Shown piece by piece: positions 9,292 through 19,900 of a stretch of 64,000 nt of DNA. The notes below the pieces were generated by a model. That model was not told the DNA's origin, ran no database searches, and was given only the letters and a program-made list of their open reading frames with translations. This DNA comes from a virus. The DNA lies in the IMG/VR virus record IMGVR_UViG_3300035670_010029. The stretch is one strand, 5' to 3'. The translations under genes were made by a program, and so were the position numbers. Numbering within the stretch: the stretch's first letter is position 1; each line of letters starts with the position of its first letter.

Positions 9292-10424
9292 ACGCTTTGT
9301 TTATCGGACCATATAGACAAAATGATGGCTGGGGCGCCGCCACCAGAGATTACATAAGGTCTATAGCAACACAGACAAAAAATCTTTCTATTCGTCCAAT
9401 CTACTTAGCCAATAATTTGATAGAAAAGCTAGACGATGACTTGTTGTCATATGAAAACTCCATATACAAAACATATGATGTTGTTTTCCAAAAAACATTA
9501 CCTCATTGCTTGGTTCCGCAAAATATTACTACTAAGAATGTTGGCATATTCACCCTAGAAACCAACAATATATCCCACTCCAATAGCATACATCTGATCA
9601 ACAGAATGAGCGAAATTTGTGTTCCTTCTAACCAAGAAGCACACAGTCTTAAAATCTCTGGTATTAAAATTCCGATCAGAGTTATCTCCCAATCTCTAAA
9701 TACCGAAGCAATAAAAAACCATATATCCAATAACACCCAAAAGCCATTTCCTTTCGACATTATCACATCTAGATCGTTCAAATTTTATACAATTGGTGAA
9801 TATATAGAAAGAAAAAATTTATTAGATATTGTGTTAGCCTTTAATTTGGCTTTTGACATAAATGATAACGTTAGTTTAGTTATCAAAACCAATAAGCCAG
9901 GACTTAACCACCAGCAGTCATATCAATCTATTATGCAAGACATAGCTGACCTTAAAAGAAAGATGAACATCGGCTCCGTAAACAACAAAGAAGTAGTGAT
10001 TACACATAGGTTGTCAGACAACGATATGATGTCTCTACACGACTCATGTGACTGCTTCGTGTCTGCATCAAAAGGTGAGGCGTTTTGCAGACCTGCTGCG
10101 GAAGCCCTGTGTTTCGGTAATGTTCCTATGGTTACAGATCATACCGGAATGATAGACTTTATAAATAACCAAAACGGATTTATCATTAATAGTCATAAAA
10201 CGCCTGTGGTGACATCAGAAAGAACACTCTCTAATGATTTTGATATATATAATGCTCATGAGTACTGGTATCAGCCAAATATTTACTCTATGATAGAGAC
10301 CATGAAAAAAGCCTACCATATGTATCGTAAAGATCAAGATGCTTGGCAAGCTAAAAGACAAGCAGGAATATTATCCATAGAAAAGTTCTCTTACTCACAA
10401 ATAGGACAGAATATATGCATCTAA
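9288..10424 (+). CDS. GT-B (GT4-like) glycosyltransferase
   Basis: GWGAATR, IGEYIERKN, LVIKT, DCFVSASKGEAFCRPAAEALCFG. Confidence 0.85.
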   Translation: MNALFIGPYRQNDGWGAATRDYIRSIATQTKNLSIRPIYLANNLIEKLDDDLLSYENSIYKTYDVVFQKTLPHCLVPQNITTKNVGIFTLETNNISHSNSIHLINRMSEICVPSNQEAHSLKISGIKIPIRVISQSLNTEAIKNHISNNTQKPFPFDIITSRSFKFYTIGEYIERKNLLDIVLAFNLAFDINDNVSLVIKTNKPGLNHQQSYQSIMQDIADLKRKMNIGSVNNKEVVITHRLSDNDMMSLHDSCDCFVSASKGEAFCRPAAEALCFGNVPMVTDHTGMIDFINNQNGFIINSHKTPVVTSERTLSNDFDIYNAHEYWYQPNIYSMIETMKKAYHMYRKDQDAWQAKRQAGILSIEKFSYSQIGQNICI

Positions 10425-11353
10425 GTCTATCTATGGTCAATGTACTCCATCAAACATTGTCAGATACCATCAATACAATAGTAGAACCCTCTGCTACTAT
10501 TTTTGATCACATAATGTTTTTGGTTAATCCAAACTATAATTTTTATGTCATTCATCCAGACAACATGCGATACAATGCCGATAATGCTAAATCCTTAATT
10601 CCATCGTATGTTGATCTATATGGCTATAACCTTTATATCAGTCAAAATCCAATGAGCTATGTACAAAATAATTTAGCTCAAATTTTTCATATTAATAGTC
10701 TACTAATATTTCATGCTCATAAGCCTAATAATCTTAAAAAAGAAGACAGAGCCATTATTAATAGCAAAATACATAAGCATACAAAGATATTTTTTGACGC
10801 TAATCAACTTAAAGATTGGCAAATACAAAATAAGACTATGGTGATGCCGTATGGGGTGCCATTAAAGCACATTTCTTATAGTATACAATGCTCCGATAGA
10901 ACCAAAGATGTTCTTATTGTAGGAGACACTCAAAATGTCGTTAACAGAGCGTTACATAGGGCTTTTACTGACAATAATTACTCTTGTGATATTAACGGGC
11001 TGCACCTTTCAAATATTACAGAAGTAAATACGATACTTAATCAATATAAAATTGTGATCGATCTAAATAACAATGGGTGGATAAATTGTTTATGCGCGGT
11101 TGCAGCAGGGTGTTACTCTATACACAGCACTCAACGAACATCAAATATGCAATCAGTTATTTTTGCATCATCACTAGAAAATATCATCTCATCCACACAG
11201 CAATTGTTACAAGAATATGACGCAGTAGACCATCTAAACAGAGTACAAAACGACAGACTCTCTCTTAGAGATAACTATAATTTTGAATTATTCCAAAACA
11301 GCATGTCCAACGTAATAGAACATTTATCGCATCAAGAGGTATTTATCATATGA
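10415..11353 (+). CDS. GT-B-like protein, degenerate
   Basis: MPYGVP, LNQYKIVID and CLCAVAAGC in place of ExxAxG; YNFELF tail typical of GT-B C-termini. Confidence 0.5.
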   Translation: MHLSLSMVNVLHQTLSDTINTIVEPSATIFDHIMFLVNPNYNFYVIHPDNMRYNADNAKSLIPSYVDLYGYNLYISQNPMSYVQNNLAQIFHINSLLIFHAHKPNNLKKEDRAIINSKIHKHTKIFFDANQLKDWQIQNKTMVMPYGVPLKHISYSIQCSDRTKDVLIVGDTQNVVNRALHRAFTDNNYSCDINGLHLSNITEVNTILNQYKIVIDLNNNGWINCLCAVAAGCYSIHSTQRTSNMQSVIFASSLENIISSTQQLLQEYDAVDHLNRVQNDRLSLRDNYNFELFQNSMSNVIEHLSHQEVFII

Positions 11354-11763
11354 TACAAGAAATTAATGTTATAACGCATCCCAGCCAGTCTGTGGAAGGG
11401 TATCAAAATGTTCCTCTAGATCAACTAGGAGGTATCACTAACGGATTTGTTAGAAGTATCATCTGTAATTGTTTGGACTATCTGCCTTTTGGACAAAGAC
11501 AAGTTTTATTTTCAGAATTAGTTAATAAAATATGCATAGAGGGGACCTTAACTCTGCGATTTTTAAATGCTAGTTTATTGCCGAATAAGATTATTTCTGG
11601 CGACATTACTGGAGAAAAGTTATCGGAGATTATATCCAATATATCTTCATGTTGGTCGGAAAAAGAATTTCAGCAAGTCATGCAACAAATAAATAATTGT
11701 AGCATCTCTAAGCTATTCCATGAACAAGTCTATACCGTTGTTTCTATTCAAAAGACTAAATGA
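11350..11763 (+). CDS. truncated class I methyltransferase-like protein
   Basis: SIICNCLDYLP...LFSELVNKICIEGTLTL resembles the C-terminal half of SAM methyltransferases; no motif I (GxGxG). Confidence 0.4.
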   Translation: MIQEINVITHPSQSVEGYQNVPLDQLGGITNGFVRSIICNCLDYLPFGQRQVLFSELVNKICIEGTLTLRFLNASLLPNKIISGDITGEKLSEIISNISSCWSEKEFQQVMQQINNCSISKLFHEQVYTVVSIQKTK

Positions 11764-12446
11764 AAACTTTATGTTGTGTCATGTCCTATGAGATTACTAA
11801 AGGAATGAAATCTCGTGGACCCATAGGACTACTTAAAAAAAATAACAAATCTGAAGAGCTTATTATCAAACAAATAGATTCTTTAAACTCACTATTTCTG
11901 AATAATGATATTTATGTGGTTACTGGATTTGGCTCAGAAAAAATACAAAAAAGAATACCTTCCAATATCTCTGTTATTGTTAATGATAAATTTAATCAAG
12001 CCAATCAGATGTATGCATTGAAATTATTTTTAAATACCATACAAACAGAAACAAACTATGAAGGCATATTCATTTTAACCTCTAATATTATCATTAAACA
12101 TCTTAGATTAAATGACCCTAATAAGTCATGGGTCCTAACAAAGAGCAAAAATAATCGCACAAAAGACGAATCTTTATTAGGAGTTGGACTAGACAGCACA
12201 GAAAAAATCAATACTATATTCTATAATCTCGGCACACTACTGTGGTGTAACGCCGTCTATCTGTGTAAAAAAGATGTTGAGATCATCAAGAATAACTTAG
12301 ATAAGTATTATGACAATATGTTTCTATTTGAAATGATAAATAAATCTATCGACGAATATTATTTAAACATTGGTATCAACACCCTGTATAGCAATAACGA
12401 CTGTATTATTATCAGAGGACCCAAAGATAAGCACAAAATCATATGA
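11760..12446 (+). CDS. nucleotidyltransferase-like protein (GT-A fold, LicC/NTP_transferase-like), degenerate
   Basis: KGMKSRGPIGLL, LIIKQI, IYVVTGF and VIVN...N..YAL pattern; the canonical AAGxGxR loop is altered. Confidence 0.55.
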   Translation: MKTLCCVMSYEITKGMKSRGPIGLLKKNNKSEELIIKQIDSLNSLFLNNDIYVVTGFGSEKIQKRIPSNISVIVNDKFNQANQMYALKLFLNTIQTETNYEGIFILTSNIIIKHLRLNDPNKSWVLTKSKNNRTKDESLLGVGLDSTEKINTIFYNLGTLLWCNAVYLCKKDVEIIKNNLDKYYDNMFLFEMINKSIDEYYLNIGINTLYSNNDCIIIRGPKDKHKII

Positions 12447-13231
12447 GCAAAACCATACTCGTACACCATACCAATAATCCATTATATCGATCTATGATAA
12501 AGTATCTATTCTCTCTACAAGGAGAATCATACCAGATAGATATACGACCACTGCACACTAAATTGTTTGAATCTTTTCATAATGTAAAACCCACAACGGT
12601 GTTCTTGCCTGCTGCAGAGTATACTCAGGAATTTCATGATTTTATTACAGAACATCACAAGAATACATCAATTGTATTATTGATAGACCAGCCCATTGAT
12701 CATCAAGAACTATTAAGATTTTGGAGAGACACACACATTAAGATTGTTGTTAACGAACGATTTGCTGCTCAGTATACTCACAACAAATCACTATTATTTA
12801 ATCATTTGTATGATTCTGACATTTTTCAACATTATGGTCTTGAAAGAAATAATAAAGTTGCTGTTATATTATCACACGACAACAATAAAAACAATAATAT
12901 ATTATCTAGCTGGCTATATCCAGAACAACCCAAATCAACGCTAGTTTTATTCAATAATCCAGAGTTTAAGCATCCCCAAAATATAGGTATTTTTAATAAT
13001 TCTGATCTTAGTATGGTTCTGAATACTTTTTCTTATCTAATAGATATTGAAGATAATTTTGCGGTAGAAGCACAAGCATGTCAAATTAGCAATCTAGAAT
13101 TTTCTAGTATCACAGACATTTTAGACACAACAACATATACTCAAAAACCACACCCAATCGGTTCTGAACAACTAGAAACGCATTGTTACAGGACTTTTGT
13201 ATCAACGAAACTCATATCTTTTTTAAGCTAG
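12443..13231 (+). CDS. hypothetical protein, possibly a degenerate GT-B
   Basis: LYDSDIF, PQNIGI, DLSMVLN, FAVEAQAC; coupled within the GT operon. Confidence 0.4.
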   Translation: MSKTILVHHTNNPLYRSMIKYLFSLQGESYQIDIRPLHTKLFESFHNVKPTTVFLPAAEYTQEFHDFITEHHKNTSIVLLIDQPIDHQELLRFWRDTHIKIVVNERFAAQYTHNKSLLFNHLYDSDIFQHYGLERNNKVAVILSHDNNKNNNILSSWLYPEQPKSTLVLFNNPEFKHPQNIGIFNNSDLSMVLNTFSYLIDIEDNFAVEAQACQISNLEFSSITDILDTTTYTQKPHPIGSEQLETHCYRTFVSTKLISFLS

Positions 13232-13240
13232 GACTTTTAC

Positions 13241-13705
13241 ATGAATATCGGTTTTTACTTATTAGATGTAGATATGTCTGAAAAATGTAAAATTATCTTG
13301 CAAGCAATCAATGATTATTGCAAAAATAACAGACAAAATAATGTTGTATTATTTAATAACCAATTTAATGCTGTCGATCTAGATCCCAAATACTATATAC
13401 TACATCTGAATCAGGCAAAGTTTTTTAAAGGTTTACTGTTTGTTTTTGGTACTAAACCAGCTCTATTAACAAACTCCTTTCCTTGTGCTAAAAAACAAAT
13501 AATTTACATGACCGAACCAGAGTGGTCAGATCATCCGGAATTACCATTTACTGTGTGGTCAAATATCTATCTTAATGATAGCACAGAACTACTGACAGAT
13601 AATCTTGATACTTATAATCTAATAAATATATGCTGGAAGAAACCACTGTCCCTAATTAAGTCTTTTGACGCTGAGGCTATTAATAATGTCATACAAAGCT
13701 TATAA
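13241..13705 (+). CDS. hypothetical protein (Rossmann-like start, resembling a GT-B N-domain fragment)
   Basis: MNIGFYL start; AGGA SD; operon context. Confidence 0.4.
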   Translation: MNIGFYLLDVDMSEKCKIILQAINDYCKNNRQNNVVLFNNQFNAVDLDPKYYILHLNQAKFFKGLLFVFGTKPALLTNSFPCAKKQIIYMTEPEWSDHPELPFTVWSNIYLNDSTELLTDNLDTYNLINICWKKPLSLIKSFDAEAINNVIQSL

Positions 13706-14477
13706 TTCTTATAGTGATCAACAAAAACGAGAACTTATTAAAGAGCTTTATCTTAAAGATAAAAAGTCTTTTCAAGATATTGCTGATCTATTATCTACTT
13801 ACCCAAATAAAATTAGAAGAGACGCAATCAAAATGGGAATACCCATTAGGGATAAGAGTGCAGCACAATCTAATGCATTGTCTTCTGGTAAGCATAAACA
13901 TCCAACAAAAGGAACAACACGTTCAGACACCACAAAACACAAGATAGGCTTGGCCGTAATGTCTTCTTGGGATAATTTATCAAATAAAGAAAGAAAACAA
14001 AGACAAGAAAATAGCAAACAGCTTTGGGATAGTTTGGATGAAGAAGAAAAAAAATATAGACTTACTCTAGCTCATCAAGCGGTTAGAGATAGTAGCAAAC
14101 AAGGATCAAAGCTAGAAAAATTTTTATTAGAAAAACTGTTATCAGACGGATATAAGGTTGATTTCCATAAAGAACAGATTTTGTCGAACACGAAGTTGCA
14201 GATAGACCTGTTTCTTCCTACTATGAGTATAGCCATAGAAGTCGATGGGCCTTCTCACTTTTTGCCCGTATGGGGAGAGGACACCCTACAAAAAAATATA
14301 GAATATGATCGTAAAAAAAACGGACTTATTATAGGTAAGGGACTAAAATTAATTAGGATCAAGCAAACACATGATTTTTCTATGGCGAGATCACAAGAAG
14401 TCTATCTCAAACTGATAGACGCAATCAAGGAAATTAAAAACAATAAAACTATTACTAATCTGGATATAGAGGACTAA
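13686..14477 (+). CDS. HTH + Vsr/DUF559-type endonuclease (homing-endonuclease-like)
   Basis: LY...KSFQDIADLL...IRR HTH; basic NUMOD-like linker (KGTTRSDTTKHKIG); QIDLFLP..SIAIEVDGPSH...DRKKN...LIRIK. ATG 13686 preferred to TTG 13665. Confidence 0.75.
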   Translation: MSYKAYNSYSDQQKRELIKELYLKDKKSFQDIADLLSTYPNKIRRDAIKMGIPIRDKSAAQSNALSSGKHKHPTKGTTRSDTTKHKIGLAVMSSWDNLSNKERKQRQENSKQLWDSLDEEEKKYRLTLAHQAVRDSSKQGSKLEKFLLEKLLSDGYKVDFHKEQILSNTKLQIDLFLPTMSIAIEVDGPSHFLPVWGEDTLQKNIEYDRKKNGLIIGKGLKLIRIKQTHDFSMARSQEVYLKLIDAIKEIKNNKTITNLDIED

Positions 14478-14478
14478 A

Positions 14479-15201
14479 ATGGCAAAAAACAGCAAAGCTC
14501 AGGAAACCGAAAACAAAAATACGGAAGAAACCACAAAAGTAACACCTAATGATTTAGGGTGGACAGATTATGTGTTGTCTTTATTGTCGGACGACGAAAA
14601 AATAGTGGGCAATCCCACAACAGACGGCCTTAGAAGAGTATTTGAAATAGCCTTAAACTGTCACATTGTATCGTCAACAAGCAATGTAATACAAAGTCCC
14701 GACCCGTCAAATGAAAAAAGGGCCACTGTAGTTCACTCTATATCGTACTGTTTAAACGATGCTTCTCTTGAAGCTAAAGGCTTAAATATCGTCTCTATAG
14801 ACGGCTCTGCTGACGTATATTGGGGCAATTGTGACAAAATATATCGTAATCACCCCGTCGCTGTTGCAGAAACCAGAGCAGAAGGTAGAGCTTTGCGTAG
14901 AGCATTAAAGTTGCGTAAAGTAGTAGCAGCAGAAGAATTGGCTAATAATATAGAAGATCATCCAGATGCCAATAGCGTATCTAAAATTAGCAGTAATCAG
15001 ATCAATTTTATGGATGTTTTATCCAAGAGACTTAATATAAATACAATATCCTTATTAAAGGGTCTTGACTTGGAGTTTGACACCATATATAATATATCTC
15101 ATGAGGGTGCTGTTGCGGCTATACAACAATTAACCAAATATCAGCAAGATATATCCTCTATTCCAAATGAACTGATAGGATACCAGGATAACTGGAAATA
15201 A
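14479..15201 (+). CDS. conserved phage protein, possible Rad52/Sak-like annealase
   Basis: TDGLRR, DGSADV and AVAETRAEGRALRRAL helix; GAGG SD. The family assignment is tentative. Confidence 0.4.
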   Translation: MAKNSKAQETENKNTEETTKVTPNDLGWTDYVLSLLSDDEKIVGNPTTDGLRRVFEIALNCHIVSSTSNVIQSPDPSNEKRATVVHSISYCLNDASLEAKGLNIVSIDGSADVYWGNCDKIYRNHPVAVAETRAEGRALRRALKLRKVVAAEELANNIEDHPDANSVSKISSNQINFMDVLSKRLNINTISLLKGLDLEFDTIYNISHEGAVAAIQQLTKYQQDISSIPNELIGYQDNWK

Positions 15202-15203
15202 TT

Positions 15204-15539
15204 ATGAAAGTAATATACAAACCAAATGATAAGCTACAATTTGAATTAGAGGGTTCTGGACAAAAAGAAATTTTTAAAGAATTAGCTATTATTCAAGAAG
15301 TTTTTTCGGAAGAAAAGTGCGGTCTGTGTGGCAGCACAAATTTTAGGTTTGTCGTTAGAAATGTCGATGGAAATGATTATTACGAATTACGATGTCAGGA
15401 CTGTGGAGCTATTCTAGCTTTTGGTCAACATAAAAAAGGTGGCACTCTATTTCCTAAGCGTAAAGACGACAATAATAATTGGCTAGATCACGGCGGTTGG
15501 CACAAATGGCAAAAAGAACACGACAACAAAAAATCATAA
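15204..15539 (+). CDS. Zn-ribbon protein
   Basis: CGLC...CQDC; LAFGQHKKGGTLFPKR. Confidence 0.7.
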   Translation: MKVIYKPNDKLQFELEGSGQKEIFKELAIIQEVFSEEKCGLCGSTNFRFVVRNVDGNDYYELRCQDCGAILAFGQHKKGGTLFPKRKDDNNNWLDHGGWHKWQKEHDNKKS

Positions 15540-16531
15540 GTTGTTTAGATAAAATAGTATTATACGGATACGACAACGGCATTTGGCCTAGTCTTATTAT
15601 ACATTCTGTTTTACTAACAGTCTTAGCTTTGGTATGTGGTTCTACGGAACCCCCTAAGCCTATTGCAATAGAGCTTTCTTTCACAGACTCAAGCAATGAA
15701 GAACCAATCGAAGATATAGCGGTAGGCATCCTGCCTTCTCTGCAAGAATTGTCTTCTGCGGTAGATGCTTTATCAGGCACACAAAATAAGAATGCTGATG
15801 ATAGTGATAATATTCCATCTATAGATATCGAAAACATCAAAGTTCCTTCGGTAGACGTAGAACAATCGATAACTTATGTGTCAATTACCGATATCGATAG
15901 CCTATTAACAAAAATAGATATTGAAGATGAATCCCTGTCAATCGAAAATACTCAGCAACAAGAATCGTCTCATGTCGCTGTATCTAATAATGATGCAGTA
16001 TCAGCTATCATGGGCTCCCTGCAACAAGGAATAGACAACAATACTAAAATAGTAGGAGCCGCAGCTGCAAGAAATAATAGTTCAGGGGGCGACATAGAAG
16101 GTAGGCTATCTGCGTACGGAGCCAAAACAGGAGATGTTCAAATATCTCTAGCATGGAATACGATAGATGATGTAGATTTACATGTAAAATTTACTCCGGG
16201 TAATGGAATAATAGACAGCATAGACTGGACTAATAGAATTGGTAGACTATCTAATGGTATGTTAGATATTGACATGAACGCTAATAGTACTGCTATATCA
16301 CAATCTCCTGTAGAAAATATTTTTTGGCCCCCTGGCTCATCTCCCAATGGATTTTTTACTGTTTATATCCATTTTTTTAGATCTTGGACAGGAAACCAAA
16401 AAGTACCTGTTGTTGTTAGAATAAAAAACGGAAACAAAATAGAGCAATTCACTGTTATTGCTCAATTATATAGTAATCCTCAGATTGTAAAACAATTCTC
16501 TTATCCTCTCAATAGGACCAAAGGATTTTAG
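15506..16531 (+). CDS. membrane-anchored protein with acidic linker and C-terminal YfaP/DUF2135-like domain
   Basis: TM segment SLIIHSVLLTVLALV; Asp/Glu/Ser-rich linker; GDVQISLAWNTIDDVDLHV...GMLDIDMN...PVENIFW...PNGFFTVYIH. Start uncertain (TTG 15479 or ATG 15506). Confidence 0.7.
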   Translation: MAKRTRQQKIISCLDKIVLYGYDNGIWPSLIIHSVLLTVLALVCGSTEPPKPIAIELSFTDSSNEEPIEDIAVGILPSLQELSSAVDALSGTQNKNADDSDNIPSIDIENIKVPSVDVEQSITYVSITDIDSLLTKIDIEDESLSIENTQQQESSHVAVSNNDAVSAIMGSLQQGIDNNTKIVGAAAARNNSSGGDIEGRLSAYGAKTGDVQISLAWNTIDDVDLHVKFTPGNGIIDSIDWTNRIGRLSNGMLDIDMNANSTAISQSPVENIFWPPGSSPNGFFTVYIHFFRSWTGNQKVPVVVRIKNGNKIEQFTVIAQLYSNPQIVKQFSYPLNRTKGF

Positions 16532-16995
16532 CTTTTAATTGGACCCCATTTATTAATCGGACAACTAGCGTCACGATGGGCTAATTTATTTTGATAATTA
16601 GCTTCTCTGACTATTTTACATCCACATAACATACAAGCATTTTCTTTAAAGTGCTCACAACTATTACATATTGTTAATCTGCTGTTTATTTCTTCTTGAG
16701 AACATAAATTATTTTCTTGGTTCTCTTTCTCTTTATCTGCTTGAGCTGCCATTGATCTGGCTATTAGTTCGTTTTCGGCGAATTTAGCTAAATCAACTCC
16801 AGCAGGAATATCTTTATTTTCAGCTACTTGTCCTGTTAGCTGGTTATATGTCATATCTGCTAATTTTTGTTGTTGTTTAAAACACAATATTTTTATTTCA
16901 GGACTATCTAATCCCAGAGTAATACCGCATTCTTTGCACGTATATACTTTTTTATTATTGAACTGCTTACCAGTATATTCAAAATTACAATACAT
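16528..16995 (-). CDS. small Cys-rich putative metal-binding protein
   Basis: CKECG; RLTICNSCEHF...CMLCGC...SCPINKW. Confidence 0.7.
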   Translation of the reverse strand: MYCNFEYTGKQFNNKKVYTCKECGITLGLDSPEIKILCFKQQQKLADMTYNQLTGQVAENKDIPAGVDLAKFAENELIARSMAAQADKEKENQENNLCSQEEINSRLTICNSCEHFKENACMLCGCKIVREANYQNKLAHRDASCPINKWGPIKS

Positions 16996-16998
16996 ATT

Positions 16999-19900
16999 TT
17001 ATACCCATACTTTTCCTGTTTTAGCTGATAAAAATTGAGATCTCATATCTTGCGTTGACCAACAATACCAATCCGCAGCAGCACAAGGCATAGGCGGCTC
17101 TTGCCAATTTGGGTCTAATCTGTGTAGGTTATACCTATAATAACTAGATATACCATCAGTACAACCATTGTCTCTAATATAATTTTCAGTTAATACAAAT
17201 GTTGCTGGTATTCTGGGAGGTACTGGATAGAACCATGCATTCCATCCCCACCAATCACCCCATCCTGGTAAAGTAAACCATGATGGGAAACCGAGACTCC
17301 AGCATTGAAATTGCCCAGCTCTATTTATTTGACCGACAAAATCCCAACCGCCACCGTCTGGAGGAGCTTCTGGTAAAGTTAGCGCCGGTATATCCCCTTC
17401 TGGATTTACTGTTGTTTGTCCAGCACAAACTGCTCCCTCTGGCTTTAAAACATCCTGTATTGTTTTTGGCCTAATATATTCATATTCATAGTAAGCTACT
17501 TCTACATTAACATACCATTCTTGTACTTCAACATCTGTTTTCCCAACTGGTCTAGCCTTAAACGATTTGAATGAATAGGTTTTATACTGAGGCATGGAAC
17601 TACAAGAACCAGGGACTATGCCATGCATAATATCTTCTTCTGGTATGTGTACATTTTCCAGGCATCGACCGCCCTGAGAATAACTTTCATCTATAGAAGC
17701 TTTCCATTCATTTAATTGTTCGACAGCTGCTGGTCCTTCGGCCATGGCAGGAACACCAAACTCGCAAATCATTTGACCTAACGGACGATGTGTTCCCTCT
17801 CCTACTGGTTGTCCTCCACAGCCACCCATGAACCATCTGTCCACCGGCACCGCAGCGGGAGTAGACTGCGAGTAACTCATTGATCCTAAACAAGCAAACC
17901 ATTCAAAACCCTCAGAACACTGTTTGCGTAGACTGGATCCAGCACCATAGCACGGAGGACAACAAAAACCACCACCGCCACCAAAACAACAACTATTTCT
18001 ACAAGCTCCTTCTTCGGATTCGTTAGTAGCTCCTATGTTGATCAATGGATTTGGATTAATCTCTCCATATACAAATGTACCAATAATACATTTTCTTTTT
18101 TCTTTTATCGTAGCATAAGTTTGTTTTTGTTCAGGTATATCTATTTTTAATGGAGGTTGATTACAGGGAGAGCATTCCGAGTTAATAGATTCTTGAATAA
18201 CAAAATCAGATGGTAAACTATTGATAGTAATATATGGGCAAGCCCCATTAAAATCTACAATAGCACAGCTAGAGGCCGTACCCTCTTGCGATATAGTTGC
18301 TGGATCGTATGCTGATGATCTTCTCATAACAATCCTAGTATCGGGATAAGTGATGGTTACAGCATAATTATTGTATGTTATAGTACATAAATTTGTTGGA
18401 CATAATGGGTTGTAGGGATCGAATTCTTTGAGTGTCTTTCTATGATAAATATTTTTTACGGTAGCTGGTCTACTTAAGCATTTACGAACAACACATGTTT
18501 CAGTCCAAGGTCCTCCTGGTATATAGTTACCACAATAAGCTCCACATCCTTCACATCCTCCAAAAACATCAATAATTAGATATGAACATCTTGGACAAGC
18601 TCTTGGTCCCCAGCATCCTCTAGCAATACCGGGAGATGCAGGAAATCCACAGTCATAACCAAATGTTTCGTATGTTTCTATTGCTTCTGTTGTAGGGATG
18701 ACTGGATCAAAATGATTTTCTCTATAGGTATGTCCGTATAAAGTAAAGTTATTACGACACACAGAAAAATTATATTGAAAGTCATCTCCTTCTGTTTCTA
18801 CCAATGTTTCTTTACAAGTAGCACATTCTGAGTTTCTATTGCGCCTACAATATGCATATTGAAAATCTTGACATTGATCAAAATTAGCAGTACATCTAGA
18901 GACAGTAGGTCTCGGCTCGTATTGAATACCCGGAGGGAAAATCATGGTTGCTTGATAATTTCCCGGAGTCCATGTTTGTCCAGTGGTCACCGAGACGTCT
19001 TCGCAGGAGTTGTCTGGGGGACCAGACCAACTCTCTCCAGCTTTAACCGCAGAAGCAAAAGAGCCCCAGCTGTAAGTTGCTCTAGTTGTTCGTGATCCAA
19101 CCTTAATAATGGTTTCATTGTCCGAAGATGGTTCGGGGGCGCTGTTATTATTTTCTGTAACTATTAGACTATTTTCTTGATACTTTTCTGTATAAATTTT
19201 TCCATAGATAGGCTGATTATTAAATGTTCCTTGCAAAGCAATGATGGTTTCTGTGTCTGTTTCCTCTCGTACGATGGTAAGGTCTATAATTACTGATCCT
19301 ATAGATATATTAATATTTTTACCAACAGACAATATTCCATCAATAGACAAAGTGCTACTATAAATTAAATTATTAGGAATAATAGAGCGATCATAGTTAT
19401 ATAAAATTTGATCATAAATATCTTTTGCTGTAATTTTAGGTTCACTATAAGACAGCAAATCTCTAATAGTTAATGTTTTATTTTCTTGAAGCAGAATATC
19501 TTTATTGATAGGAATTTTTTCTCCGTGCATTATTCTAAACAATATTTCATTTGCCATATCGTCTGTTTGTTTGATTAATAAAGGATGGTCCTCTACTGTA
19601 GTAAGGTTGGACTGAAATCTACTATCTAGTGTACTAAACCTCAGATTAAGAGGCCTAAGCATATCAGAAGAACAGCTATTTGTTGAATCTAGCCATGAAT
19701 CAGGTTTAATTTCGAATCTTTTTATTGTGGTCACCGATTTTGTGCCAAATGAATTATAGTTTCCAGCATCATAAGATATAATATATGGAATACCATCAGA
19801 CACAGAACGCAACGATAGGGTTCTGTTTTTTGCTATTTTAAATTCCGAGGTCAGATTTACAGATCCTATATTTTTAATTTCGCATGGTTGTTGACCACAT

